Assembly (NCBI RefSeq): GCF_006345805.1
Contig: NC_043022.1
Span: 11,718,001-11,782,000 of the forward strand
DNA length: 64,000 bases
Direction: 5' to 3'
Origin: Octopus sinensis
Lineage: Eukaryota
Every line of letters begins with the position of its first letter. The stretch's first letter is position 1. This document shows, piece by piece, positions 50,427 through 63,076 of this stretch. The notes under the pieces were generated by a model that saw nothing but the letters and a program-made list of their open reading frames with translations, ran no database searches and was not told the origin of the DNA. The position numbers were made by a program, and so were the translations under genes.

Positions 50427-51859
50427 TGTGTGTGTACGTATATATATATATTTATATATATGTACATGTATATTACTTTCTATACACACACACATACTAT
50501 ACTACATATATGTATGTATGTATATATATATATTATATTTGTGTGTGTGTGTGTCTAGGTAGGCAAGTATATGCACCAATGATAGACAATGTACTTGTAG
50601 ATATTTTTGAACAGACAGGGTTGTCATTGATGGAATGTCTTTCATCATGTCTGATGAGAGCTGACTTGGCGACATTAATACACACACACACACACATATA
50701 TATATACACACAAAGGCTAGCATAAACACACACACACACACACTACATATATGGATATACATTAACACACACACGTGTAGATACTTACACAAGCACACAT
50801 GTACAGTCATACACACATAATCTACAGTATACAAGAACACACTATATACACATAGTTATATGCAGACACACATACACACACACACATTAATCTACAGTAC
50901 ACATGAACATACACACACTGAGAGAGAAAAAAAATAAACATCTTCAAAGAAACTTATCAAGTCCATTGGTATCAAAGTTTAACAGGAGAAACTGAGGTGG
51001 GGGAAAGAAGCGGCAAAGCTGTTGTTAAAATATAGCAACAAGCCTGATCAAATATGTTTATTATTAAAGCCAATCCAGTCGTGACCATCCTATATTTTTT
51101 CCTAGAAACCAATGTGTCATTTTTTCCCTTCCTTTTTTTTTTTTTTGTGTTTTTTCTAAGATGGCAGTTTGTGACTTGAGAGAGATTCGACTACTGTTCT
51201 CAGCAGATCAAACAGCCACGTGGCTCATGGTAGCGATGATAGTGGTAGTGGTGGTGGTGGTAGCAGGGATGTTGACATTGTAGTAATGATAAAGTCAAGG
51301 ATGGTCAGATGGTATTGACGGCGGTGGCAGTGGTGATAATGGTAGTGGTGGTGATGGTGATGGTGGTGGTGGTGGTGATGAGCATCATCATCTCATCATC
51401 ATCATCATTTATTTAACCATGCAACATTTGGACTCTTGTCACATTGATAAATATTTAATGTAGCCATCTCTCTCTCTCTCTCTCTCTCCATATATATATA
51501 TATATATATATACATTTATGTATATACATACATACACACACACACACACCTTTCATTGTAAATTTCTCAGTATTTTCTATATTCTTCTTTGTGTGAGATT
51601 ATTTAAAATAGTTCACCTCTGTATATAGTTTATCTGTGTGTACAGTTTACCTGTAAAATGCCATCATAACATATATGTGTGTCATGCCTGCGATCTGTAC
51701 ATATACGTATGTGTGTGTGTGAGCATCATGGGTATATATATACATATATGTGTGTGTATGTGTGTATATGTATATATATTATATATATATATTTATATTA
51801 TATATGTATTGTATATATATATATATAGTATATTATATATATATATGTATGTTATATAT

Positions 51860-51893
<34 letters not shown>

Positions 51894-51910
51894 ATATAGT
51901 ATGTATATAT

Positions 51911-51941
<31 letters not shown>

Positions 51942-52371
51942 ATATATGTATGTATATATATATATATATATATGTTGTATATATATATATATTTATATAT
52001 ATATAATATATATATATATATTTATATAATATTTTATATGTATGTATATTATATATTTATATATATGTATGTATGTATGTATTGTATGTGTGTATGTATA
52101 CACTGGTTGTCAAGCAGTAGTAAAAGGGACAAAGACACACACAGTCACACACACATAGATATATACATACATATGATGGGCTTCTTTTCAGTTTCCGTCT
52201 ACCAGATCCACTCACAAGGCTTTGGCTGGCCTGAGGCTATAGTAGAAGACACTTGCCTAAGGTATCACACAGTGGGACTGAACCCAGAACCATGTGGTTG
52301 GAAAGCTCACTTCTTACCACACATCCATGCCTGCAATGTGTACATATATATATATATGTGCTTGTGTGTGC

Positions 52372-52422
<51 letters not shown>

Positions 52423-52484
52423 GAAAAGGAAGAAAATGGAGAAAGTGATAAACAGACATTAGTTTATTCAAAGATATTGGAATC

Positions 52485-52865
52485 AAAGCACCATCCGAAT
52501 CGTGGCCGATACCAGCGCCGCCTCGACTGGCTTCCATGTCGGTGGCACGTAAAAAGCACCATCTGAATCGTGGCCGATACCAGCGCCGCCTCGACTGGCT
52601 TCCTTGCCGGTGGCACATAAAAAGCACCACTCCGATCATGGCCGTTGCCAGCCTCGCCTGGCACCTGTGCTGGTGGCACGTAAAAAGCACCCACTACACT
52701 CACGGAGTGGTTGGCGTTAGGAAGGGCATCCAGCCGTAGAAACACTGCCAGATCAGACTGGAGCCTGGTGCAGCCTTCTGGCTTCCCAGATCCCCGGTCG
52801 AACCGTCCAACCCATGCTAGCATGGAGAACGGATGTTAAACGATGATGATGATGATGATGATGTA
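52485..52865 (+). mobile_element. Retroposon 3' fragment with internal ~55-bp tandem modules and (GAT)n tail
   Basis: Repeated ggtggcacgtaaaaagcacc modules; second copy at 53150-53475. Confidence 0.75.
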
Positions 52866-53859
52866 ATGAAATTCCTGTCCTACAGCAATTTCCATATCCA
52901 ATTAGTTCAATTACAGAAATTAAATTAAATTAATTTAATTTAAATTTTCTTAATGAAACTGGTAAATTATGAATTTCATCAGGGGAGAATTTTTCAAAAA
53001 GGGAGTTAAATTTCAATGTGTTGGTTGACCTTACAACAGACTCAGATGTGTGCATTTTTTGAATGTGTGACTTGTTTAACCCTTTTGTTACCAACCTGGC
53101 TGAAACTGGCTCTGGCTCTGAGTACAAATGTCCTGTTTTCAAAATCCGTTTGTCTGCCCAGCGCCGCCCCGACTGGCCTCATGCCGGTGGCACGTAAAAA
53201 GCACCATCCATTTGTGGCCATTGCCAGCCTCGCCTGGCTCCCGTGCCGGTGGCATGTAAAAAGCACCATCCGATCGTGGCCATTTGCCAGCCTCGTCTGG
53301 CACGTAAAAAGCACCCACTACACTCTCGGAGTGGTTGGCGTTAGGAAGGGCATCCAGCTGTAGAAACACTGCCAGATCAGACTGGAGCCTAGTGCAGCCT
53401 CCTAGCTTCCCAGAACCCAGTTGAACCGTCCAACCCATGCTAGCATGGATAGCAGACGTTAAACGATGATGATAATGTCCTTGTTTGTCCAGTCTGTGTG
53501 TAGCCCCTTATAGGCAGTAAAGAAATAAGAAGGTACCCAGTGCATTAGGAAGGGCATCCAGCTGTAGAAAACATGTCAAAGTATGATCCATTCCTTAGAC
53601 CCATTGAATCTTGTCAGACCGTTCAAGCCATGACAACATGGAACATGGATGTCAAGTGATGCTGATGAGGTGTGTGATTGTTTGTTTGTGTCACTTTGTC
53701 TTGATATTGCGTGATGGTTGTAACTAAGTGCGACTTTCATTTCCAAAAATCAACAAAAGCCTACCTGGTCATGGGGTAATATTACCTTGCTCAGAAGAAA
53801 CAGGAGTCAGCTGGGTGACATAAAAAGGGTTTCCGGCCATAGAAAATCTGCCTCAATAT

Positions 53860-54352
53860 ATATTTCTTTACTGCCTACAAGGGGTTAAACACAGAGGGGA
53901 CAAACAAGGACAGACAAATGGATTAAGTCGATTACATCGACCCCAGTGCATAACTGGTACTTAATTTATCTTAATTTACTTAATTAAAAGGCGGCGAGCT
54001 GGCAGAAACGTTAGCACGTTGGGCGAAATGCTTAGCAGTATTTCGTCTGCCGTTACGTTGTGAGTTCAAATTCCGCCGAGGTCGACTTTGCCTTTCATCC
54101 TTTCTGGGTCGATAAATTAAGTACCAGTTACGCACTGGGGTCGATGTAATCGACTTAATACCTATGTCCTTGTTTGTCCCCTCTGTGTTTAGCCCCTTGT
54201 GGGTAATAAAGAAATAGGTACTTAATTTATCGACCCTGAAAGGATGAAAGGCAAAGTCGACCTCGGTGGAATTTGAACTCAGAACGTAACGGCAGACGAA
54301 ATACGGCTACGCATTTCGCCCGGCGTGCAAATGGTTCTGCCAGCTCGCTGCC
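53860..54352. mobile_element. Second SINE family (Meta-domain-like): plus-strand copy nested in a minus-strand copy
   Basis: Core gaggtcgactttgcctttcatcctttcggggtcgataaa..agtacc resembles the MetaSINE central domain (from memory). Other copies at 45780-45950, 46430-46570, 55685-55915, 62410-62530, 63780-64000. Confidence 0.75.
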
Positions 54353-54542
54353 ACAATATATTCCTTCCAACCCATGCAAGCATGGAAAAGTGGATGTGAA
54401 AACAATGACAATAGTGATGATGGTGATGATGAAGGCCCCTTACTCTCAGAAACATCATAAAACAGAGGAGAAAATAAATAAAAATAAAGACAAACAACAA
54501 GTTTATAAAACATACAACAGCGAAAGCAAAAAAAAAAGGTGT

Positions 54543-54548
54543 TTTATT
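54543..54548 (-). promoter_or_regulatory. NAA38: Polyadenylation signal AATAAA of NAA38
   Basis: 30 nt downstream of the stop codon. Confidence 0.65.
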
Positions 54549-54578
54549 AATAAATATTATTATTGGAAGGTGTAGGGA

Positions 54579-54691
54579 TCACATGACTTCAGGGGTAAGG
54601 GCTTTGCAATCATCAACATGTAAGCTAACAATATGGTGACCGGGAACCATAGCAAGGCCAAGAATTCGGGGCTCTTCTGGTTCTTCAGCAT
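54579..54691 (-). CDS. NAA38: NatC auxiliary subunit (Sm-like LSMD1), last exon (D)[36 protein letters not shown]
   Basis: ttttccag| acceptor; 113 bp; Sm2 motif matches human [20 protein letters not shown]. Confidence 0.93.
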
Positions 54692-54737
54692 CTGGAAAAT
54701 TAAAAGGAAAAGAAGTAAATAAACAAATAAACATACG

Positions 54738-54768
<31 letters not shown>

Positions 54769-54773
<5 letters not shown>

Positions 54774-55480
54774 TCTGATCAGTAAGTATCCAAACTGTTG
54801 CCATAGTAACGAAGCTAAAGCACACAGAGTGAAGCAAGCCCCTTGGCACAGAGTGACCTTGAACTCTGCTGCGTGCATACTCTCTCTCTCTTTACTCGTT
54901 TCAGTCATTTGACTGCGGCCATGCTGGAGCACCGCCTTTAGTCGAGCAACTCGACCCCGGGACTTATTCTTTTGTAAGCCCAGTACTTATTCTATCAGTC
55001 TCTTTTGCCGAACCGCTAAGTGACGGGGACGTAAACACACCAGCATCGGTTGTCAAGCAATGCTAGGAGGACAAACAAGACACGCAGACATACATGTATA
55101 TATATATATATATATACATATATACGACAGGCTTCTTTCAGTTTCCGTCTACCAAATCCACTCACAAGGCTTTGGTCGGCCCGAGGCTATAGTAGGAGAC
55201 ATTTGCCCAAGATGCCACGCAGTGGGACTGAACCCAGAACCATGTGGTTGGTTAGCAAGCTACTCACCACACAGCCACCCCTGCACCTTAGTGCATGTGC
55301 ACTAAGTTTTAATGTTTTAGCTCATTTCTGCTGTTTACAGCAGTGCTTGGAAGGAAGGTGTGTAGCATGTTTGTCGCATTGACCATAACAGAGAAAGCTG
55401 AGCAGAGAATCTGCATCAAATTTTGCCAAAAGCTTGGCGATACCAGCTCAGATGTCTACGCAAAGTTTCCAAAAGGTTTC
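54769..55480 (+). mobile_element. Mariner-like DNA transposon relic interrupted by a SINE (54885-55278)
   Basis: End-like sequence gtggtctgatcagtaagtatcc at 54769. After the SINE, TEKAEQRICIKFCQKLGDTSSDVYAKF matches a mariner transposase N-terminus (EQRxCIKFC motif). Confidence 0.7.
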
Positions 55481-56047
55481 CATCGTTCTCGACACAATCA
55501 AGGAAATCTTGTGCAACTGAAACCCAAGTCGCATTTTGGTCAACTTAATATTGCTAAGAAATAATATTACTGGTCCCTGGCACAGTGGGGAAAAAAAACT
55601 GCTGGTACACCACAACTGATAGTTTGAGAAGCACTGGTCTGTGTGACGATGTGTATGTGACTGTGTAGGTGATTATATGTGCATGCGGCGAGCTGGCAGA
55701 AACGTTAGCACGCCGGGCGAAATGCGTAGCCGTATTTTGTCTGTCGTTACGTTCTGGGTTCAAATTCCGTCGAGGTCGACTTTGCCTTTCATCCTTTCGG
55801 GGTTGATAAATTGAGTACCAGTTACGCACTGGGGTCGATGTAATCGACTTAATCCCTTTGTCTGTCCTTGTTTGTCCCCCTCTATGTTTAGCCCCTTGTG
55901 GGTAGTAAAGAAATATATATGTGCATGCGACAAGACGTGTGTGTGTGTGTGTGATTATAGGCGTATATGTTTATGTGGTTATATGATTGTGTGACTGTAT
56001 GTCTGGGTGTCCATGTGACTACGTTAGGACAGAGTGTTTGAACTCAC

Positions 56048-56119
56048 CAGGGGAATTCAGATATTCTTCACAGGAGCCAAGAATGACATTCCGGTCTCTG
56101 TCGGTGCAGAGGAAGATGC
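56048..56119 (-). CDS. NAA38: NAA38 internal exon (G)IFLCTDRDRNVILGSCEEYLNSP
   Basis: ttgcag|..|gtgagt; 72 bp, phase 1 to 1; matches human [21 protein letters not shown]. Confidence 0.94.
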
Positions 56120-56416
56120 CTGCAACACAGGAGAGAGAGAGAGAGCATTGAATGTGGGAGTACATGGAGGAAAGGATAACATGGAGTACTGGAATGCATG
56201 GGGAATATGAGAACATGGGTTAGAGTACATACAGAAGATGCCTGCAACACAGGAGAGAGAGAGAGAGAGCATTGAATGTGGGAGTACATGGAGGAAAGGA
56301 TAACATGGAGTACTGGAATGCATGGGGAATATGAGAACATGGGTTAGAGTACATACAGAAGATGCCTGCAACACAGGAGAGAGAGAGAGAGCATTGAATG
56401 TGGGAGTACATGGAGG
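56112..56416. repeat. 122-124-bp tandem repeat x~2.5 that includes the NAA38 splice acceptor
   Basis: Unit starts at 56112, 56234 and 56358; units differ mainly in (GA)n length. Confidence 0.93.
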
Positions 56417-56574
56417 TTGGTATCAAAATGGTTGAGTGGCAACATAAGCAGGTTGGCAAAGAAGGAGCAGATATACAGGTGTAATGAAAAGTAAAATTAC
56501 CTGTGAAATCAATTCTTTGAAATACTCAGAACACTTCTTACAAATAGTCGATAGGTTTTGTTCCCTTTTGAAAT

Positions 56575-57025
56575 ACAGGTACAACACATTTTGGCCAGCT
56601 GAATGGACTGGAGCAATGTGATATAAGGAAGGAAGAAGGGAAGCACTCCGTCGGTTACGACGACGAGGGTTCCGGTTGATCCGAATCAACGGAACAGCCT
56701 GCTCGTGAAATTAACGTGTAAGTGGCTGAGCACTCCACAGACACGTGTACCCTTAACGTAGTTCTCGGAGAGATTCAGCGTGACACAGAGAGTGACAAGG
56801 CCAGCCCCTTGAAATACAGGTACAACAGAAACAGGAAGTAAGAGTGAGAGAAAGTTGTGGTGAAAGAGTACAGCAGGGATCACCACCATCCCCTGCCGGA
56901 GCCTCGTAGAGCTTTTAGGTGTTTTCGCTCAATAAACACTCACAACGCCCAGTCTGGGAATCGAAACTGCGATCCTATGACCGCGAGTCCGCTGCCCTAA
57001 CCACTGGGCCATTGTGCCTCCACGA
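56575..57025 (-). mobile_element. Third tRNA-derived SINE family
   Basis: Minus-strand head gtggaggcacaatggcccagtggttagggcagcggactcgcgg. Plus-strand relatives at 62016-62300 and 61665-61955. Confidence 0.75.
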
Positions 57026-57229
57026 ATGTGATATAAAGTGTCTTGCTCAAGAACACAATGCACCACCAGGAGTTGAACTCACAACTTTACAAATGTGAGC
57101 TGAATATCCTATAACAAACCAAGCTGAGATGGTGTTTCAAAAGCAGAGGAGACCAAGTAAGAACTGGGTTGAAACTGATCGACAAACCATCACCTCAGTT
57201 GCTAAGGCAACCGGGTTTAGATAAATGGC

Positions 57230-57570
57230 TTCTGATGCATTAATATAAACTGTTAGCAAGATAACACGACTCAGCAATGAGTTCAGTTAGGAATTTAGTA
57301 CAGAGGTAGGTATCCATCAAGGAGAGGTGGTGGGGTGTCAATTCTCAGCCCCTGTACCCCACCACACATATACACACACTCTGCTTCCTGTTTTTTATAG
57401 TTTTTCCATGCCATAACAGAAGAGTTCATGGCTGGTCGTCTACAGGAAAATTTACATGATGATGAATTTGTCAAAGAATTAGAGAAGGAATTCCAGATGT
57501 GGAAGCAAAGCCTGGCCTCCAGGGGTCATAAAGTAAACCTAACAAAGACAGAAGTTTTAGTTTGGCAACA
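57230..57570 (+). mobile_element. Decayed RTE-clade LINE RT fragment
   Basis: Remnants EVGIHQG and ..HDDEFVKELEKEFQMWKQSLASRGHKVNLTKTEVLV. Confidence 0.6.
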
Positions 57571-57726
57571 AAGAAGACAGAACTCTGCTGTCGTTACTCC
57601 CATTACCACCACGTTATGCTACCCTTCCACACACACACAAACACTACCACCATAGCCACAGCTCACTAGTATCCAGCCACCACCACCAAAGTATCTTGCT
57701 GCGACAACCATAAAAGAGCCTCTCAC

Positions 57727-57844
57727 CTATCAGTGTTCGTCCATCGCTCATTTTAATCTTCATGTTTTTATTCAGCCATCTCTGTAACTTCCTTCGTCCA
57801 TCTATCACAGAAGATTCATCACATGATTCTCCACATTCACCATC
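57727..57844 (-). CDS. NAA38: NAA38 exon DGECGESCDESSVIDGRRKLQRWLNKNMKIKMSDGRTLI(G)
   Basis: tttttcag|..|gtgaga; 118 bp, phase 0 to 1; matches human [21 protein letters not shown]. Confidence 0.9.
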
Positions 57845-58134
57845 CTGAAAAACATCAACATCATCATCATAATAATAATTATAATTACTGTTATAAAAAT
57901 CGTTAGCACTCTGGGAAACGGGCTTAATGGCATTTCATTCATCTTTATGTTCCAAGTTCAAATTCCGCCAAGGCCAACTTTGAGAAAAATCAATCATCAA
58001 AAAAGAGTATGGAAAGGTTCCAGGGCTCCAACAATTACTGGTACTACTGCTACCTTTTTCATCGACCACAACTGCTTAATTTCCCAAGCTAACCTGTCAT
58101 ATCTCTCAACTTTTCTTCTATTATTATTATTACT

Positions 58135-58562
58135 AAGCAGTAGTTTTATTTTTATAGCGTGCTTTCACTTCACTACCGAGCGCAGCTCTGTGTGCCTTGG
58201 GTATGTGCTGTGATTTGTTGTGATGCTCTGATGGTTATGTATGGAAAGTGTTCTGCGTAGGATGTGTGCAGTGCCTAGTAGTGCAATTTCTGTATGTTAT
58301 ATGTGTTTGTAAGTCCTGGTGTTTTTGTTATGTATTTGTCTGAATATTTTTTTATCATGCCTAATGCACCTACTATGATAGGGATTGTTTCTGTTTTTAG
58401 ATTCCACATTCTGGTTACCTCTATTTCCAGGTCTTTGTATTTTGAGAGTTTCTCCATTTCTTTTAGAGACACGTTGTCATCTGCCGGTATTGATACATCA
58501 ATTAGAAAGCATTTTTTTTCTTCATGATCTCTGACAACTATATCTGGTCTGTTGGCCTTAAT
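58135..58562 (-). mobile_element. Short 3' copy of the R4/Dong-like family seen at 11768-13576
   Basis: Near-identical 3' UTR and endonuclease tail; TTA repeats on both sides. Confidence 0.85.
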
Positions 58563-58599
58563 TTATTATTATTATTATTATTATTATCATCATTGTCAT

Positions 58600-60776
58600 T
58601 TACTTTTAATCTGCATGTGTGATGCAATCACCTGCCGGGGCACACCCAGCACCCTAGGGCAAGTGAAGGTTAAGAGTTGTTGAAATATAGCTGAAAGCTT
58701 GGGGAGGGGAAGTAGAGAAATATCTCCATGTAATACAAACACAAACATTTACATTAATAGGGTTTTTCTAAGGATGTGGGCAGTACTTGTTAGCACAATC
58801 TTTTGGATTTCCTTGAGACATGGTTTTCCAGGGATATTGTCTAGGTGTTTCTGACATCCCTTTTTTATCATACCTAGGGCACCTACAATAACAGGAACAG
58901 TTTTTGTTTTAAGATTCCACATCCTCTGTATTTCGATTTCCAGGTCCTTATATTTACTAAGTTTGTCAAATTCCTTGACAGATACATTTTTATCAGTGGG
59001 GACGCTTACTTCTATTAGTCTGCAGGTATTTTCTTCCCTGTCTTTAACAATTATGTCTGGTCGATTAGCCTTGATCGTTCTGTCAGTGTTGACTGGAAAA
59101 TCCCAGAGGATGGTGACATCTTTACCTTCAACAACTGGCTGAGGATGGTGTTCATACCAGTTAGCAGGAGTGTCGGATTTGTAGTGTTTACATATCTTCC
59201 AATGTATATACTGTCCTACCCTATCGTGGCGATTTTTGTATTCGTTTGGTGTCAGCACAGGACATCCCGAAACGAGATGGTCTTGTTTCGTCAAATGTGT
59301 CACAGAATCTGCATTTAGGGTCAGTACCGTTTCGGAGAACGCTAGCCTGGTAATTTCTGGTAAACAAGCTTTGATCTTGTGCTGCCATTATGAAGCCTTC
59401 AGTCTCTGCTTTCAATCCAGAACTCTTCAGCCACTGATGGGTTGTTGCTTGGTCTACATCAGCATTTTGGCTTCGGAGAATGTATTGTCCATGCAGGGGC
59501 TTCTGGCTCCACCGCCTCTCAATTTGATTCTGCCCATTCTTTTTTGCAGTCTGCCTGATTCGCTTTGCTTGCTTGGTAGCAGTGGTTTCTGGCTCTTCAC
59601 CTGATTCAAGGTTAATGCCTAGTTCCTTTCGAACTTATAAGCTTCCTTGACAATAGAATGCAGCTTTTTGCTGCTTTCGTGTTCACACACAAGTCGCAGC
59701 ATCCAGTCTTTTGTACTAGATAGGTACCTGTTCATTCCTACAGTAGAGGTCTTATAGCACAGCTCCAATTGCATCATTCCTCTCCCCCCGCTGCTTCTAG
59801 GTAGGTACAAGCGGTCTACATCTGCCTTAGGGTGGTGCATGCTCCTGGATGTCAGTAACTTTCTTGTCTTCCTGTCCAAGCGTTGGAGTTCCATAAGGTT
59901 CCAGTTAATGATGTTAAAACTGTACTGGACTACTGGAAGTGCCAGGGTGTTAATGGCCTCAATGCAATTTTTGGAGTTGAGTTCAGTCTTCAGTACAAGC
60001 CTTATTCTCCTATAGTACCCTTTTATTTTTTCCTTCATATTAGCATGATGTATACCATCTCCTTCGTTGATTCCTAGGTATTTGTAACTTTCTTGTGGGT
60101 CAAGTTCCTTGATGGTAGTGTCAATATCTAATTTAACAGCAGCTGTTTGCCTGAGCTTGCCTCTTACAAAAGTTGCTTTAGCACACTTATCAAGGCCAAA
60201 ATCCATTCCGATATCATTGCTAAACTCTTTAACAGTTGTTAGCAGCCCTTCTAGCTCTTGGTCATTCTTGGCAAACAGCTTTAGATCGTCCATATAAAAA
60301 AGGTGGTTTATTAACTTGCTAAAAACTTTGTACCCATATCTGGCACTATCCAATTCGTTTGAGAGTGGGATCAGTGCCATGCAAAAAAGTAATGGAGAGA
60401 GGGAGTCACCTTGAAAGATGCCTCGTTTGATGTTGATGCTGTTGGACTGGCTCATCCCATTACTATGGCTTAGAAAGAGACGTGTGTTCCACATGGTCAT
60501 GCTATTCTCTAAGAATTTTGAGACGACAGGGGAGATCTTGTATATCTCAAGGGCCTTGAGTATCCATTTATGTGGGACACTGTCATACGCTTTCCTGTAG
60601 TCTATCCATGCCATACTCAGGTTTTTGTTTTTGCTCCGGCAATTCTCTACAATCATTCTGTTTATGAGCAATTGGTCTTTGCACCCATAAGAGTTTCTTA
60701 TGAGCAATTGGTCTTTGGTTTATGAGCAATTGGTCTTTGCACCCATAAGAGTTTCTTATGAGCAATTGGTCTTTGC
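58600..60776 (-). mobile_element. 5'-truncated R4/Dong-like LINE (RT, CCHC, RLE endonuclease), second family
   Basis: GIFQGDSLSP, HLFYMDDLKLFA, CRFC..DHLVSGC, RPDIIVKD..LIEVS..K (PD-(D/E)xK); a few frameshifts; (TTA)n at 58563-58590 and 60777-60830. Confidence 0.9.
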
Positions 60777-60914
60777 ATTATTATTATTATTATTATTATG
60801 ATTATTATATTATTATTATTATTATTATTAGGGCAATGAGCTGGCAGACTTGTTAGCATGCCAGGCAAAACACTTAGCAGCATTTAATCCATCGTCACAT
60901 TCCCAGTTCAAATT

Positions 60915-61190
60915 CCACTACTTGTTGCTCATACAAAAGAATTTTTGGAATACGGTCATCTTTCATTTGAAAAATATCCCATCTGCCCATCTGCAGTATG
61001 TTTTTGATACTGGAGATATCATGTTTTTCTAAGATTTTGACACCTGATATCTTATCTTGCCATTTTCTGCTGCAGATCCAGTGCAGACAACACATGTGCA
61101 AGGAGGCTTCAAGTTTCTGTAGTGGAGAGTCCATGCTTCTGCCCAATACAAAATTGTTACTCAGAACACAACATCTGTATACACTTACTG
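60915..61190 (-). mobile_element. Decayed RTE-clade LINE ORF C-terminal fragment
   Basis: CLHWICSRKWQDKISGVKILEK..MKDDRIPKILLYEQ resembles the RTE motif WQDKVTN..MEDGRIPK.LLYGEL. Confidence 0.6.
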
Positions 61191-61962
61191 ACCCTGAGTG
61201 TGTAAGCAAATGAAAGAAAAGGGCACTTGACACATTTAGTAAGAGTTGTATTTCTCTAATCAGTAATCTAAAACCTGAAAGAGACAAATTTCTGTTAGGC
61301 GCCTGCAAAACTTTAAGTTGCATGGAGCCGAATCAAACTGTTTTGAATAATATAAACGTGTGTGTGTATGTGTTACATTTTATATATTCCTCTTATTTCA
61401 AGTATATTTTCTGTCTATATTTGTAGTATGTTCAGGGCAGACCATTTTAAATGTATTATTGCACTGTTCAAATACTTTGATGAGTATTTATATATGAAAG
61501 AGGCTTGAATTACATCCTGGTATATCAGAAATTTGGGAAAATAATAAAGTTTTGCCAGCCCCTAATAGATACTTGTCTCTTTCAGGTTTTAGATTACTGA
61601 ATGGAGAAATACAACTCTTACTAAATGTGTTAAGCACCCTTTTCTTTCATTTGGCCACTCACACATGTGGCATGTAGCTTGGTGGTTAAGGTACTCAGCT
61701 GACGATCGTAAGGTTGTGAGTTCAATTCCTGATGATGCATTTTATTTCACATTGCTCCAGTCCACTCAGCAGGTAAAAATGAGTTGTACCTGTATTTCAA
61801 AGGGCCAGCCTTGTCACACTGTATGTCACGCTAAATCTTCCTGAGAACAACATTAAGGGTACACATGTCTATGGAGTACTCAGCCACTTGCACATTAATT
61901 TCACAAGCAGGCTGTTCCATTGATCGGATCAACTGGAATCCTCATTGGTTCCAACAGAGTGC

Positions 61963-62011
<49 letters not shown>

Positions 62012-63061
62012 CACGTGGAGGTGCAATGGCCCAGTAGTTAGGGCAGCGGACTCGTGGTCGTAGGATCGCGGTTTTGATTCCCAGACTGGGCGTTGTGAGT
62101 GTTTATTGAGCGAAAACACCTAAAAGCTCTACGAGGCTCCGGCAGGGGATGGTGATCCCTACTGTACTCTTTCACCACTCTTTCTCTCTTTCTTCTGCTG
62201 GCCTGCTCGCTTAGCCAGCGGGGTAGCGTCGTTCAAAGGCAAAAACAATGCGAACGCATTGTGACCAGCGATGTGTAACAACATCTGATGGTTTGGTCGG
62301 TCATCATCACATACATATACACACACACACATATAAGAGGGATGACCACTAGGTGGACATCCAATATGCTAAATGTAGACCCTATATGGTCTGACCACTA
62401 TGTAATATAATTCTGCCGAGGTCGACTTTGCCTTTCATCGTTTCGGGGTCGATAAATCAAGTACTGGAGTCGATCTAATCGACTGGCCCCCTCCCCAAAA
62501 ATTTCGTGCCTTGCGCCAAGAGTAGAAAAGAATAATTCACACACCTCGTCAAAACGTCTGAAGAAAATACAGTCAAAGTGTGTTAACTATCTGGCCAGCC
62601 CCAACCCCACCATATTTTCTTTTACATCAAATTCCGACATATTAATTTACACAATATGAAATGTATTGGTAAGAAATTTTATTTAAAAATATCCAGTTTT
62701 CATTAAGTTATGGGGAAATAATTCCAGGTGTGGATAATCCGAAAACATTTTCGCGGCAAGTTCCAATATAACTCAAATCTACACTATCTAAATTCTGTGG
62801 ACAATTTCATTTGCAAATATATGCATTTCTCAGAAAGTTATAAAGAAACAAAGACAACAGGGTGATCATAGACTTGGACTTTTGCGCCCGTTCTTCCATC
62901 GTAAATTCATTCATACAGAAATATATAAATATATTAGAGGAAATATATGTGTGTGTATGAAGTACATACAGACTGCGCCAAATATATGAAGTACATATAT
63001 ATATAATATAGCAAAGAGGTAGAAAAATAGAGAAATAATGTAAAATCCAAGAAATATTTAC

Positions 63062-63076
63062 CAAGACTTCTCCCAT
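63062..63076 (-). CDS. NAA38: Candidate first coding exon of NAA38 (MGEVL)
   Basis: caacATGG Kozak context, then ttg|gtaaat donor in phase 0, which fits the exon starting at 57844. Too short to confirm by homology. Confidence 0.4.

Noticed and set aside
57801-57806. Alternative NAA38 acceptor at 57801 (gtgatag|)
   Set aside because: It has a weak pyrimidine tract. The upstream tttttcag| at 57845 is stronger and keeps the frame open, adding an acidic segment like that of human NAA38.
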